A stretch of DNA of 59,762 bases, the filler included. It is 3 parts of 3 records of this genome, joined end to end, with 100 filler letters (N's around TTAATTAATTAA, not from the genome) between each part and the next. Parts side by side here need not be neighbours in the genome. Positions count along the whole stretch, not along the records: positions 1 to 22,746 come from SRR31156797_7943; positions 22,847 to 45,807 come from SRR31156797_7948; 1 more part is not named here. The stretch is one strand, 5' to 3'. Position 1 is the stretch's first letter. Each line of letters starts with the position of its first letter. A model generated the notes under the pieces. The model was given only the letters and a program-made list of their open reading frames with translations, made no database searches and was not told the origin of the DNA. The translations under genes and the position numbers were made by a program. This document shows, piece after piece, positions 20,953 through 32,100 of this stretch.

Positions 20953-21082
20953 ACCACTCAATCCGCAATCTGTCCCTCTCAATGCGTGAAAAAACCTTTC
21001 AATGAATGCAGCCAACCATTTAATCCAATTAAAAACCACTTAACCGCGTAAGAAACCACTTAACTCGCTATTCGACCACTGA
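20953..21082 (+). promoter_or_regulatory. Phased array of LytTR (BtsR-type) direct repeats upstream of cstA
   Basis: ACCACTCA 20953, CCCTCTCA 20974, ACCTTTCA 20994, ACCATTTA 21015, ACCACTTA 21035, ACCACTTA 21055, ACCACTGA 21075. Period 20-21 bp. Confidence 0.75.
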
Positions 21083-21168
21083 CTATCAAACCGAATGTTT
21101 CTAGCCAATGGTTTGCTTACTATGCATCGTGAGCTTAATTCATAATTCAATTACTAAGGATAAACGCT

Positions 21169-22653
21169 ATGTTGTGGTTTCTAACCTGTGTCGCAGCACT
21201 GCTTGGCGGATACTTCATCTACGGTGCATTTGTAGAGAAAATATTCGGCATTAAAGAAAATCGTCAAACTCCTGCCCATACTAAAGCTGACGGTGTCGAC
21301 TATGTTGCTATGTCAACGCCAAAAGTTTACCTAGTTCAACTTCTGAACATCGCGGGTGTTGGTCCAATCTTCGGTCCAATTATGGGTGCCCTATATGGTC
21401 CAGCAGCGATGCTTTGGATCGTTATCGGCTGTATCTTTGCTGGTGCGGTTCACGATTACTTCTCTGGTATGCTTTCTATCCGTAACGGCGGTGCTTCAGT
21501 ACCAACCCTTACTGGTCGTTACCTAGGCAATGGCGCTAAACACTTTATGAACATTTTTGCCATTGTTCTGCTACTTCTTGTTGGTGTGGTATTCGTATCA
21601 GCACCTGCAGGCATGATCACTAACCTGATCAACGACCAAACCGATTTAACGGTAAGCATGACAACAATGGTTGTTATCATCTTTGCTTACTACATCATCG
21701 CAACTATCGTTCCTGTCGATAAAATTATTGGTCGCTTCTACCCACTATTCGGTGCGCTACTAATCTTCATGTCTGTTGGCTTGATTACTGCAATCGCTTT
21801 CTCAAGCGAACACCAAATCCTAGGTGGCTTCCAACCAAGTGACATGCTAAGCAACCTTAACCCGAACGATATGCCATTATGGCCTGCACTATTCATCACT
21901 ATCGCTTGTGGTGCTATCTCAGGTTTCCACGCTACTCAGTCACCTCTAATGGCTCGTTGTATTGAGAATGAAAAGAATGGTCGTTTCGTATTCTACGGAG
22001 CAATGATCGGTGAAGGTATCATCGCTCTAATCTGGTGTGCTATCGCTCTATCATTCTTCGGTACTCTAGATGCACTACAAGAAGCCGTTGCAAACGGTGG
22101 TCCAGGTAATGTTGTTTACTCATCATCATTCGGTCTGCTAGGCGTATTCGGTGGTATTCTGGCATTCCTAGGTGTGGTTATCCTGCCAATCACTTCTGGT
22201 GATACTGCGTTCCGATCTAGCCGTCTAATCCTTGCTGAATACTTCAACATGGAACAGAAAACGCTACGTAACCGCCTGTTCATGGCGCTTCCTCTGTTCG
22301 TTATCGGTGGTGTGCTGACTCAAGTAGACTTCGGAATCATCTGGCGTTACTTCGGTTTTGCTAACCAAACCACTGCGGTAATGATGTTATGGACGGCTTC
22401 TGCATACCTACTTCGTCACAACAAGTTCCACTGGATTACAACAGTCCCTGCGGCATTCATGACGACTGTTTGTATTACCTTCATTCTAAACAACGGTAAG
22501 TTAGGCTTCGGTCTGCCAATGCAACTATCAACCATCATTGGTGTGGTAGCAGCACTAAGTATCACAGCTTACGTTATCAAGATTTCAAAAGGTAAAGGCG
22601 AAACAGAGTTGGCGGATGAAGAGAAACCATCTGGCGTAACTGAAACGGTATAA
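21169..22653 (+). CDS. cstA: Carbon starvation protein A family transporter
   Basis: Motifs NIAGVGPIFGP, AGAVHD, IACGAISGFHA, PITSGDTAFR and WRYFGFANQ. Confidence 0.9.
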   Translation: MLWFLTCVAALLGGYFIYGAFVEKIFGIKENRQTPAHTKADGVDYVAMSTPKVYLVQLLNIAGVGPIFGPIMGALYGPAAMLWIVIGCIFAGAVHDYFSGMLSIRNGGASVPTLTGRYLGNGAKHFMNIFAIVLLLLVGVVFVSAPAGMITNLINDQTDLTVSMTTMVVIIFAYYIIATIVPVDKIIGRFYPLFGALLIFMSVGLITAIAFSSEHQILGGFQPSDMLSNLNPNDMPLWPALFITIACGAISGFHATQSPLMARCIENEKNGRFVFYGAMIGEGIIALIWCAIALSFFGTLDALQEAVANGGPGNVVYSSSFGLLGVFGGILAFLGVVILPITSGDTAFRSSRLILAEYFNMEQKTLRNRLFMALPLFVIGGVLTQVDFGIIWRYFGFANQTTAVMMLWTASAYLLRHNKFHWITTVPAAFMTTVCITFILNNGKLGFGLPMQLSTIIGVVAALSITAYVIKISKGKGETELADEEKPSGVTETV

Positions 22654-22671
22654 ACCATTCGTTCTAAACTA

Positions 22672-22703
22672 AAGAAGGGCTCCAATTGGAGCCCTTCTTA
22701 TTT
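22672..22703 (+). terminator. Intrinsic terminator of cstA
   Basis: Perfect palindrome AAGAAGGGCTCCAATTGGAGCCCTTCTT followed by ATTT. Confidence 0.85.
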
Positions 22704-22720
22704 GTATCTAAACTGTATTA

Positions 22721-22746
22721 ATACCAATCGTAGTAAATAACTGCTC
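22721..22746. repeat. Start of a second copy of the Vibrio dispersed repeat (inverted relative to 1-85)
   Basis: ATACCAATCGTAGTAAATAACTGCTC, truncated by the contig end. Confidence 0.7.
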
Positions 22747-22846
22747 NNNNNNNNNNNNNNNNNNNNNNNNNNNNNNNNNNNNNNNNNNNNTTAATTAATT
22801 AANNNNNNNNNNNNNNNNNNNNNNNNNNNNNNNNNNNNNNNNNNNN
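22747..22846. other. Artificial contig linker (N44-TTAATTAATTAA-N44)
   Basis: N-run with a six-frame stop cassette; composition and apparent taxonomy change across it. Confidence 0.98.
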
Positions 22847-23329
22847 AAATATTTATCAGATCAATTTGATCAGTTAATAACTGAAGCTGTTGATACTGTT
22901 AGATTTTTATCTGAAGATTTAAGTCCTGTAACCCTGTTTAAGGGCGGGTTGGAGAAAGCAATTAAAAAACGGTTAGATGCCATTTCAGGTTTTTATAATA
23001 TAATATACGAGGCTCATTTAGGGACTATTCGTTTCCCGGAACATATTGAAATTAATATTTACAGAATCATAAATGAGTTTATAAATAATACAATTAAACA
23101 TGCTGAAGCCTCAGAGATTAAGGTGAAAATTGTAAATGCAAAAAGTGGCTTGTCATTGCAATATGCTGACAATGGGAAAGGTATAGAAACTGATCTTAGA
23201 GAATTATCTCAAGATGGAAGAGGAATCGCCAATATAATTGGACGTTTAAAATCTTTGAATGCTACCATTTATTTAGATTCAGAATTTGGTAAAGGAGTAA
23301 ATTATGATATTTTGATCCCATTGGCATGA
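22847..23329 (+). CDS. 5'-truncated sensor histidine kinase (NarX/HisKA_3-type ATPase domain)
   Basis: The frame is open from the contig edge (KYLSDQF...AVDTVRFLSEDLSP). Motifs YRIINEFINNTIKHA, DNGKG and GRGIANI. Confidence 0.8.
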   Translation, partial: KYLSDQFDQLITEAVDTVRFLSEDLSPVTLFKGGLEKAIKKRLDAISGFYNIIYEAHLGTIRFPEHIEINIYRIINEFINNTIKHAEASEIKVKIVNAKSGLSLQYADNGKGIETDLRELSQDGRGIANIIGRLKSLNATIYLDSEFGKGVNYDILIPLA

Positions 23330-23531
23330 AACTAAAAGATTGCCTCCATACAGTTGTTTAACAAATCCTTAACATCACCACAATTAAATTCATTAGCGTA
23401 TTATTCTGTTGAAAAACAGCTATTTATTGAACCAGGTAAAAATACCTGTATCTACATGTTTGTTACTTGCTTGGTTTATCAGATATGTTTAATTACTTTT
23501 AGGGCTGATTGTTAACTAAAATTAATGTATT

Positions 23532-26500
23532 ATGAGAAACAAATTTTTTACCCTAACGCTATTGATGTTGTCAATGGTGTTCGTGGTGAATGCACAAAAA
23601 GATGGACTGACATCCATTAAAAAAGAGTACGAGCCTAATAAGTATAAAGGCGCAGATGCTGTGTCAGTTTCCTGGGCAACTCAAAGTTTAGCAAAAGGTG
23701 CTTATACCTACAATCCTGATGATAGCCCGCTAGGATCAGCTTATGATTCTGATACATATGCTGAACTAGGTTGGACAGATATCGTGGTCGCTGAAAGTGG
23801 CGGTGCTGGTGATATTGAAATTACCTACACATGGGATACTGATTCCTGGCCAGGTGAGGGTTCATTCCATTTGGAATCACCAACAGGTACAGCTGTTGTT
23901 ATTGGTGATGGAGAAACTGATGGGACTTATAGCAAAGTTTTAACTGACTTTGTAGGTGAAGAAGTTAACGGAACTTGGAAATTATGGATTGAGGATAGTT
24001 ACGGTGATGGTGGTCATAGTGCTGCTGATATCACATTCGTAGTTAAGACATTGGAAGTTAATGATATGTCTGCTATTGCAATAACTCCTACATTTGTTTT
24101 TGAGGGTGACGATGCTACTCCTACTATTACGGTAAGAAATGCTGGTATTAATTTACAAGATGCATTTGACGTTGATGTTGTTATTAATGATGGTGCTAGT
24201 GATGTATATACAAGTACTAAGTCAATTACAGGAGCTGGATTAACTACTGGTGACATGTTGACTGTAACAATGGATGACGTTTGGACAATGCCTGCAAATG
24301 GTGATTATACTATCACAGGTACTGTAACACTTGCTGGTGATGCTGATTTAAACAACAATACAATTGTTTCTACATTTATGGTAGGAACATGGGGTGATGC
24401 TTATACTGGTAATACAAGTGCTGGAGTATATAACGCAGTAACATTTGCTGATACAGCATTTGATGCTGTTGGTGTTATGGGTTCTGATCCATTTCCTATG
24501 GCTGAAGAATTTGATGGAACGAATGTTTACAGAATTTACAATGATTTCACTATTGGAACTGTGAACCCAGTTGGTGAGTATACATTACTAGACACTATTA
24601 CCAATGTAACAGGAACTCCTGTTGGATTAGCATATGATTGGATTAATGATATGATGTATGCTCTCGTATTAGATGGTAGTAGTAACCCACAATTGGGAAC
24701 TATTGACATGGGCACATTTGAATTTACTCTTATTGGAACTGGTACAACTACCCTTATTGCAATGGATATGGCAAATGATGGGTATTTATACGGACCATCT
24801 CTTACAGACGAGAGTTTATATAAAATTGACCCTGCTACTGGAGCAACTACTCTAGTAGGTCCATCAGGTCTTACAGATATCAATTTTGGACAAGATGTTT
24901 CTTATGATCCTGTTGAGAATAAATTATATTCTATAACAAGTGGTGATCAAAACTATTATGGTACATATAGCTTAGTAACTGGAGAATTTTCAATGATTCT
25001 TGATATGGGTTCTGACCAATATGCAACCTTTGTAGTTACTAAAGAAGCTCCTGCAATGAATGTTGTAACATTTAATGTGGTTGATGATAGTGCAAACCCA
25101 TTAGAAGGTGCAAAAGTTGATGTGATTAATTTACGTCTTTTAACTGATGCTGCCGGTGATGCAATGTGTTATATTCCTGATGGAGATGCTGATTATTCTG
25201 CATTCCTTGCTGGATATGAGGGTGTTACAGGTACTGTAACTGTTGCAGGTGATGTAACTGAATCAATCGTATTAAATGAAATTCCACCACAATTATCAGT
25301 AGATCCAACATCTTATGACTTTGGTGATGTTTATATCGATTATTCAGTAACACAAGCTTTCAATATTTCAAATATTGGAACTGGAGTCTTAACTGTGAAT
25401 GATATCTCTTTAACTGGAGCAGATATTGCTGAGTTTGAAATTATTAGTATTGGTGGTGAAGCAGATACTGCTTTATGGCCTGATACCTGGGACTTAGCTA
25501 CAGGTGAAGTTGCAGAGATTGTAGTTGAATTTACTCCTGCTACTGAAGCTCCAAAAACAGTTTCTTTAACAATTACTGATAATGCTACTAAAGCAACAAC
25601 AGAAGTTGAAATTACAGGTAATGCATTATTGAGACCTGCTGGTTCTACATGCGCTTTACCATATGAAATTACTCTTCCTTTAGTTGACTTTAATGGAAAT
25701 ACTGAAGATAAAGGTGATGATTATTCGAACACTTGGATTGATCCTAATAGTTACTATATCAACGGTAACGACATGGTTTTCGAATTTACTTTAGCAGAAA
25801 GAAGTGTAATTGAAGCAAATATGACATCAACCGGAACATGGATTGGTTTATTCATTGTTCAGGATTGTCCTACTGATACTTTACCTGCTCCAGTATTTGG
25901 AAGTGCAACTTCATCTGGTTCAGAAGTTAATTTAACAGACGTGGTGCTTGATGCAGGTACTTACTTTGCAATTGTTTCTTCATGGCCATCTCCACAAACT
26001 ATTGAATTTACATTAAATATGGACGCTACTCCAGTTTATGATGTAGTATTTAATGTTACAGATGGTACTGACCCAATTGAAGGTGCTGAAATTTTAATTA
26101 ATGAAGTTACATTAACTACAGCAGCTGATGGTAATGATACTATTGAGTTACCCGTTGGAACATATGATTATAAAGTTACATATACTGGTTTTGGACCACA
26201 ATTCGGAACAGTAGACGTTGTAGATGCAGCTCAAACTATTAGTGTTGTTATGGATGCTGCTTATGATGTTACATTCTCAGTTACTGATGGTACTGACCCA
26301 ATTGAAGGTGCTGCTGTATCTGTTAATGACTTTGAAATGGGTACTACTGATGCAACCGGTGCTTTAGTTGTTGCATTATCAGATGGTACGTATAACTATG
26401 ATGTAACTGCTACAGGTTATGCTGAAGCAGCTGGTTCAGTAACAGTTTCAGGCGCTATTCTTACAGAAGATGTTGTGATGGATACTGTTTATGAAGTTGC

Positions 26501-28952
26501 TTTTGCTGTTGTTGATGAATTTGGTGCTGCCATGGAAGGTGCAACAGTTACTATTGACGGTGAAGATTTAATGACTGATGGTGCTGGAGAGGCTTCTACA
26601 TTATTAGTTGCTGGTAACTATCCTTATGCAGTTAATATGGATGGATATACTGAGGTAACAGGTGCAGTTGATGTAATTGATACAACTGTAAATGTTGATG
26701 TAGAAATGATGTTGATTCGTTACACTGTTACTTTCTTCGCTAAAGATAATAATGATGTTGTTCTCGAAGGTGTTGATATCGACGTAGAAGGTACTGTAGT
26801 AACAACTGATGCTACTGGATATGCTATGTTAGACACAATTAATGGAACTTATGATTATACTGCAACAATTACTGGTTATGCAGCTATATTAGGTGAAGTT
26901 GTTGTTGCTGATGCTGACATTACTGAAGAGATTGTATTCGAAGAGCCTGCTTATACTGTAACTTTCACAGTTGACGATGGAACAGATCCTATCGAAGGTG
27001 CTACTGTTGCTGTAGGTGGACTAGAAGGCACAACTGATGCAACTGGAGTTGTTGAATTTGATTTACCTGCTGGTGATCATGACTACTTAGTAACTTATGC
27101 TGGATATGACGATGTTACAGGAACTGTAACTGTTGTTGATGCTCCTGTTACTGTACCAACTATTACAATGGTTGAAACCGTATACAACATTAATTTTGTT
27201 GTAGAAGATGAGTGGGATGCTGCTATTGAAGGAGCTACTATTACATTTGACGGTGAAGATATGGTAACTAACGCAAGTGGTGTAGCTACATTCCAACGCG
27301 TTAATGGTACTTATGCTTGGAGTATTGTTGCTGCAGGTTATGAAGATACCGCAAGTTCTGTTGATGTTACTAATGGTAATGTTACATTAAATGTTGAAAT
27401 GATTGCGTTACGCTATACTGCAACATTTACAGTAGATAATGCTATAGGTACATTATTAGAAGGTGCTTCAATTGAAATTGATGATCAAACATTAACTACT
27501 GATGCTTCAGGTGTCGCTACAGTTGAATTACCAAACGGTGTTTATGATTATACTGTAATGGCTGCTGGTTATGATGAGTATATGGGTTCAATTACAGTTG
27601 CTGATGCTGATTTAGCAGAGGATGTAGAAATGGTTGAAACTATTACTGCTCCTTCTGGATTAGTTATTTCAAACATTGATCCAATTGCTTTAACTGCTAC
27701 TTTCGCATGGAACCAAGGTGCTGGTGGATTCTCAGATAGCTTCGAAGATCAAACATTTGACGCTTGGGGTGAATTTATTCAAGGTCCCGGAACTCCTGGA
27801 GATGGTGACAAAGCTTACTGGGCAGTGGAAGTAGCTGACGGTGGTGCTGCTCCTGATGGAACATATGTTGGACATGCTGACTGGGGTTATGGAGTTGATA
27901 CATGGTTAATTACTCCTGAAATTAGCATTGCTTCTGGTACTGCTATTACATTCAACTGGAATAAGAGTTACTATTGGTCAGTTGATCCTAACGACAATGA
28001 TGACCTTATGATTAAAGTATCTAATGATGGTGGTACTACATGGACTGTTCTTTGGACAGAAAATGACTACGGTGTATTTGATAACTTTACTTGGTATGAA
28101 ACTACATTAGACCTTTCAGCTTATGCTGGAACTGCAATGATTGCTTTCCACTTAGAAGGTGATGACAATGCTACTAATGAAATTGATATGATTACTATTG
28201 GTACTGCTAAACGCCCATTTGGAACAAGAGCTATTTCTGACGCTGCTCCAGTGGCTGCTAATGCAAAAACTGATAATGGTTATAAATATAATTTCTTAGC
28301 TGGTGTTAAAGAAGCACAAAGTTATGACGTATACTTGAATGACCTTGTGAATCCAATTGCTACTGACATGACTGGTGATTCATATGAGTTAACAGGTTTA
28401 ACTGTAGGTACTCATACTGCTGGTGTTGTAGCTAACTACTTAACTGGTGCTAGTGATATGGCAACGATCGAATTTGAAGTTCCAAATCCTGCTTACACTG
28501 TTACATTTAATGTAACTAGCTCAGGTACTGCTGTTGAAGGCGCAACTATTGATATCAATAGTGAAACTATTACAACTGATGCAGCTGGTGTAGCTACTAT
28601 TATGTTAGAAGATGGTACTTATAGTTACTCAGTAACAGCTGATGGTTTTGAAGATGCAACTGGTGAAGTTATCGTTGCAGGTGCTGATGTTACAGAAGAT
28701 GTAGATCTAACTGGTATGGGTGATGTAAATGCTAATTTCAGTATTTATCCAAACCCAACTACTGGAATGCTTTACATTAAAGCAAACGGAACTAACGAAG
28801 TTACAGTTCTTAACGCTATTGGTAATGTTGTGAAAACACAACAAATTGAAGGTAACGACAAAATTGATCTTTCAGGTTATGCTGAAGGTATCTATTTCAT
28901 TCGTCTGAAGTCAGACAATAAAGTAGCTACAAAACGCATTATCGTTGAATAA
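23532..28952 (+). CDS. 1806-aa T9SS-secreted surface protein: P-domain-like N-terminus, propeller-like region, Ig-like module, multiple ~75-aa carboxypeptidase-regulatory-like repeats, cleaved-adhesin-like domain, type A CTD
   Basis: Signal peptide; NGTWKLWIEDSYGDGG; repeated VTF.V.DG..PIEGA; DTWLITPEI; C-terminal IYPNPT...GIYFIRL...KRIIVE. Confidence 0.85.
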   Translation: MRNKFFTLTLLMLSMVFVVNAQKDGLTSIKKEYEPNKYKGADAVSVSWATQSLAKGAYTYNPDDSPLGSAYDSDTYAELGWTDIVVAESGGAGDIEITYTWDTDSWPGEGSFHLESPTGTAVVIGDGETDGTYSKVLTDFVGEEVNGTWKLWIEDSYGDGGHSAADITFVVKTLEVNDMSAIAITPTFVFEGDDATPTITVRNAGINLQDAFDVDVVINDGASDVYTSTKSITGAGLTTGDMLTVTMDDVWTMPANGDYTITGTVTLAGDADLNNNTIVSTFMVGTWGDAYTGNTSAGVYNAVTFADTAFDAVGVMGSDPFPMAEEFDGTNVYRIYNDFTIGTVNPVGEYTLLDTITNVTGTPVGLAYDWINDMMYALVLDGSSNPQLGTIDMGTFEFTLIGTGTTTLIAMDMANDGYLYGPSLTDESLYKIDPATGATTLVGPSGLTDINFGQDVSYDPVENKLYSITSGDQNYYGTYSLVTGEFSMILDMGSDQYATFVVTKEAPAMNVVTFNVVDDSANPLEGAKVDVINLRLLTDAAGDAMCYIPDGDADYSAFLAGYEGVTGTVTVAGDVTESIVLNEIPPQLSVDPTSYDFGDVYIDYSVTQAFNISNIGTGVLTVNDISLTGADIAEFEIISIGGEADTALWPDTWDLATGEVAEIVVEFTPATEAPKTVSLTITDNATKATTEVEITGNALLRPAGSTCALPYEITLPLVDFNGNTEDKGDDYSNTWIDPNSYYINGNDMVFEFTLAERSVIEANMTSTGTWIGLFIVQDCPTDTLPAPVFGSATSSGSEVNLTDVVLDAGTYFAIVSSWPSPQTIEFTLNMDATPVYDVVFNVTDGTDPIEGAEILINEVTLTTAADGNDTIELPVGTYDYKVTYTGFGPQFGTVDVVDAAQTISVVMDAAYDVTFSVTDGTDPIEGAAVSVNDFEMGTTDATGALVVALSDGTYNYDVTATGYAEAAGSVTVSGAILTEDVVMDTVYEVAFAVVDEFGAAMEGATVTIDGEDLMTDGAGEASTLLVAGNYPYAVNMDGYTEVTGAVDVIDTTVNVDVEMMLIRYTVTFFAKDNNDVVLEGVDIDVEGTVVTTDATGYAMLDTINGTYDYTATITGYAAILGEVVVADADITEEIVFEEPAYTVTFTVDDGTDPIEGATVAVGGLEGTTDATGVVEFDLPAGDHDYLVTYAGYDDVTGTVTVVDAPVTVPTITMVETVYNINFVVEDEWDAAIEGATITFDGEDMVTNASGVATFQRVNGTYAWSIVAAGYEDTASSVDVTNGNVTLNVEMIALRYTATFTVDNAIGTLLEGASIEIDDQTLTTDASGVATVELPNGVYDYTVMAAGYDEYMGSITVADADLAEDVEMVETITAPSGLVISNIDPIALTATFAWNQGAGGFSDSFEDQTFDAWGEFIQGPGTPGDGDKAYWAVEVADGGAAPDGTYVGHADWGYGVDTWLITPEISIASGTAITFNWNKSYYWSVDPNDNDDLMIKVSNDGGTTWTVLWTENDYGVFDNFTWYETTLDLSAYAGTAMIAFHLEGDDNATNEIDMITIGTAKRPFGTRAISDAAPVAANAKTDNGYKYNFLAGVKEAQSYDVYLNDLVNPIATDMTGDSYELTGLTVGTHTAGVVANYLTGASDMATIEFEVPNPAYTVTFNVTSSGTAVEGATIDINSETITTDAAGVATIMLEDGTYSYSVTADGFEDATGEVIVAGADVTEDVDLTGMGDVNANFSIYPNPTTGMLYIKANGTNEVTVLNAIGNVVKTQQIEGNDKIDLSGYAEGIYFIRLKSDNKVATKRIIVE

Positions 28953-28971
28953 TCAGTTTTTTAGATATAAT

Positions 28972-29004
28972 AATGGCCACCGGATTCCGGTGGCCATTTT
29001 TTTT
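28972..29004 (+). terminator. Intrinsic terminator
   Basis: ATGGCCACCGG-ATT-CCGGTGGCCAT followed by a T-tract. Confidence 0.9.
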
Positions 29005-29197
29005 GAATTCTGGTGTTAACTTTACTTTAACATAACAATGTTCTTGTTGTTTTGCAAGAACTTCGTTAATTTGTTTTAAATATTAATTACATTAAAGTAA
29101 ATGCACATAAAAGCATATATGCCGTTCGTGTAAATGTACTTTTATTCAAAGCTATTTTTTCATACCTTTAAATAATGTTAATTTTAAATCATCTGTT

Positions 29198-32100
29198 ATG
29201 TTGAGAAATATACTAGTATTCCTTTTTATTATGCTTTTCTTAGGCTTTTCCTCTATCGCCCAAAAAAGCACTACGGTATCTCGATATCTGTCACCAGATA
29301 AAACTGATTCACAAATAAAAGTTGTTAGTCAAAATAATGCAAAAACAACAAAAAGTCTTCTTTTAACGGAAGATTTCAGTGATGGATCTTTACCTACTGG
29401 ATGGCAAAGTATTAATAATAATGGAGGACCGGTAGTCTGGGAATTTGATAATCCTGGTGGGAAAACGCTCAATTCATCTACTGGAGGAAATGGTTTTGCA
29501 ATTTGTGATAGTGACTTCTACGGAAGTTTTGATGCAGAGGATACAGATTTAATCACTCCTGTTATTGACTGCTCTGGTGCTACTGGAGTTATTTTATCAT
29601 TTGAACATTGGTTTGATTGGGGTTATGGCGCCGTGGGTGAAGTGTTCGTTAGTAATGATAATGGTTCTACATGGACTAGTATAGATGCTTGGGGCGATAA
29701 TAATGGAACAGATAATGCAGTAGTAGCGGAATATAATATTTCAACTATTGCAGCAGGTTTTTCTCAAGTACTTGTCCGTTGGAATTGGTCCTCAAATGAC
29801 TGGTGTTTCTCTTGGGCAGTAGATGATGTGAGCATTACTTCAATTGCTACTTCTGATGCAGGCGTTGAAAATGTATTCCCAAATTTTGTTAGGTCAAATA
29901 CAACTAATGATATAACTCTAGAAATCGCAAATAAAGGTTTTGATGACCTGAATGATTTTACCATTGATGTTGAAATAAATGATGGTTCAACTGTATTGTA
30001 TTCAAGCACAAAAAGTATTACTGGGGCTGGTTTAACAACTGACTCTTCACAATTTTACATAATGGATGATCAATGGACTAACACAGGCGAAGGAGCTTAT
30101 AATATTATTGCCTCTGTTAATCTAACTGGTGATGAAAATGATCTTAATGATACTGTGGAAAGTACCATTAATTCTGCGGAGCTGAGCTATCAACGTGATA
30201 AAGTATATGGTTATGAAAGAATTAATACAGATAATTTTGAACAAAATCAATACTTAGTTGAAATTAATGCAAATACTGGTGCATATTCAGTTATTGGTTC
30301 AACAGGAATAGATGAAATTAGAACAGGTGATTTTGTTGGTACTTATCCAAATCTTGAATATGTTGTTACAGTTGGCAATTTATTATATGTTTTGAATAGT
30401 GATGGAACCCCATATTATTATGGCGAAGTTGATCTTGCAATATCACAATTTAAAGGATTTACCTGGGATGCTACTCAAGATCTATTCTATGCAACAGATG
30501 GTAAAATATTGTATGAAATAAATCGTTTATTTGAAGCCACAGAAATTGGAAATATCGTTGGTTCAGATCTTATGTTAGGTCTTGCTGCAAATTCTCAGGG
30601 TGATTTATACGGTATTGGTTCAGATGATAATTTATATCAGATTAATACAACAACCGGAGCAGGTTCTATTGTTGGTAGTCTTGGAGTAGATGTTGCAAAT
30701 CGTCAGGATATTGCTTTTGATCGACAAAATGATGTTTTATACGGTACCTTGTTTAATTCTGGTGATCTGGAAGGAGGATTATATACTATAAATCTAACCA
30801 CAGGTGGGGCCACTTTAGTTGGAAGTAAATTTCAAAAACAAGTAACTTCCTGTGCTATTATTGGAAATCAAAAATATAAGGCTTTATTTAATGTGTCAGA
30901 TGGTGGAAGTCCTGTAGCAAATGCAGAAATTGTTATTGCAGGAAAAACTTTAAACACCGATGTAGATGGAAAAGATTCCATTTTGTTGGTTTCTGGAGAA
31001 TATCCTTATAATATTTCCGCATCAGGATTTGGCGACGTATTTGACACTATTACAATACTCGGAGACGATTTAACAGAGAATGTAACTTTATCTTCAGCAT
31101 TTAGCATCACCTTTACTATTCAGGATGGTGTTGATCCTGTTCAAAATGCTACTTTGTTTATCAACGGTTTTGAAAAAGGTTTAACAAATGCTTCAGGTCA
31201 AATTGTTGTTGAACTTTCACCTGGAGATTATGACTATACTGTAGTTAAGGAAGGATTTTTTGATTATGAAAGTTCAATTACAGTTGTAGATACTGATTTT
31301 GAAGAGGTAGTTCCATTTGTAGCTAAGTTAAATGTTACTTTTAATTTTACTGACGAGAATAGTCAACCATTACAAGGAGTGAATTTGAACATTAATAGCA
31401 CTGACTATACATCTAATAGTTCAGGTGTGGTGTCGTTCCTGATTGGTCCTGGAGATTACCCATATACAGCATCTATTGCTGGATATAATGATTCTATTGG
31501 AACGCTTTCAGTTGTTGACGCAGATGTGGTTCGGAATATAATGATGACAGGGGTACGTTATACAATAACTTTCAATGTAACTGATGGTGTTGATCCACTT
31601 GAAAATGTGAATATAAATATTGATGATACCGATATTTTAACAAACGCAGCTGGTGAGGCAACAATAGATCTTCCAAATGGCTTTTATCTATATACCGCAA
31701 CACTTGAAAATTATGATGATGTAAATGGTTTTATCGGCGTTTCAGGATCTGACGTACAAAGAGATATTGAAATGACGGAAAGCCTTTATCCAGTTGTAAT
31801 TACTGTTAAGAATATATTAGATGATCCATTAACTGGCGCCATTGTTTCAATCAATGAAATAGATTCAATAACAAATGTGAGTGGTGTAGCAACTTTTGAG
31901 TTACCTGTTGGGTCATATGAAGTTATAACTGCTTTTGATGGATACATTAATGACACTGTTCAAATAACTTCAACTTCAGCAGTTGATGCATTTGATGTTG
32001 TGCTCCTTGAAGATATACAAGACCCTCAAAATCTCGATATTGTAGTAAATGGTGATGAGGCCACATTTAGTTGGGATCAGGAAATCAAAGCACCTAATAA

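Noticed and set aside
20953-21082. Periodic repeats as a mini-CRISPR or iteron array
   Set aside because: Repeats are 8 bp with 12-13 bp gaps, and no cas or rep genes are nearby. A LytTR operator fits better.
21169-23329. Horizontal transfer of Bacteroidota genes into Vibrio next to cstA
   Set aside because: The junction is an artificial linker, not a biological boundary.
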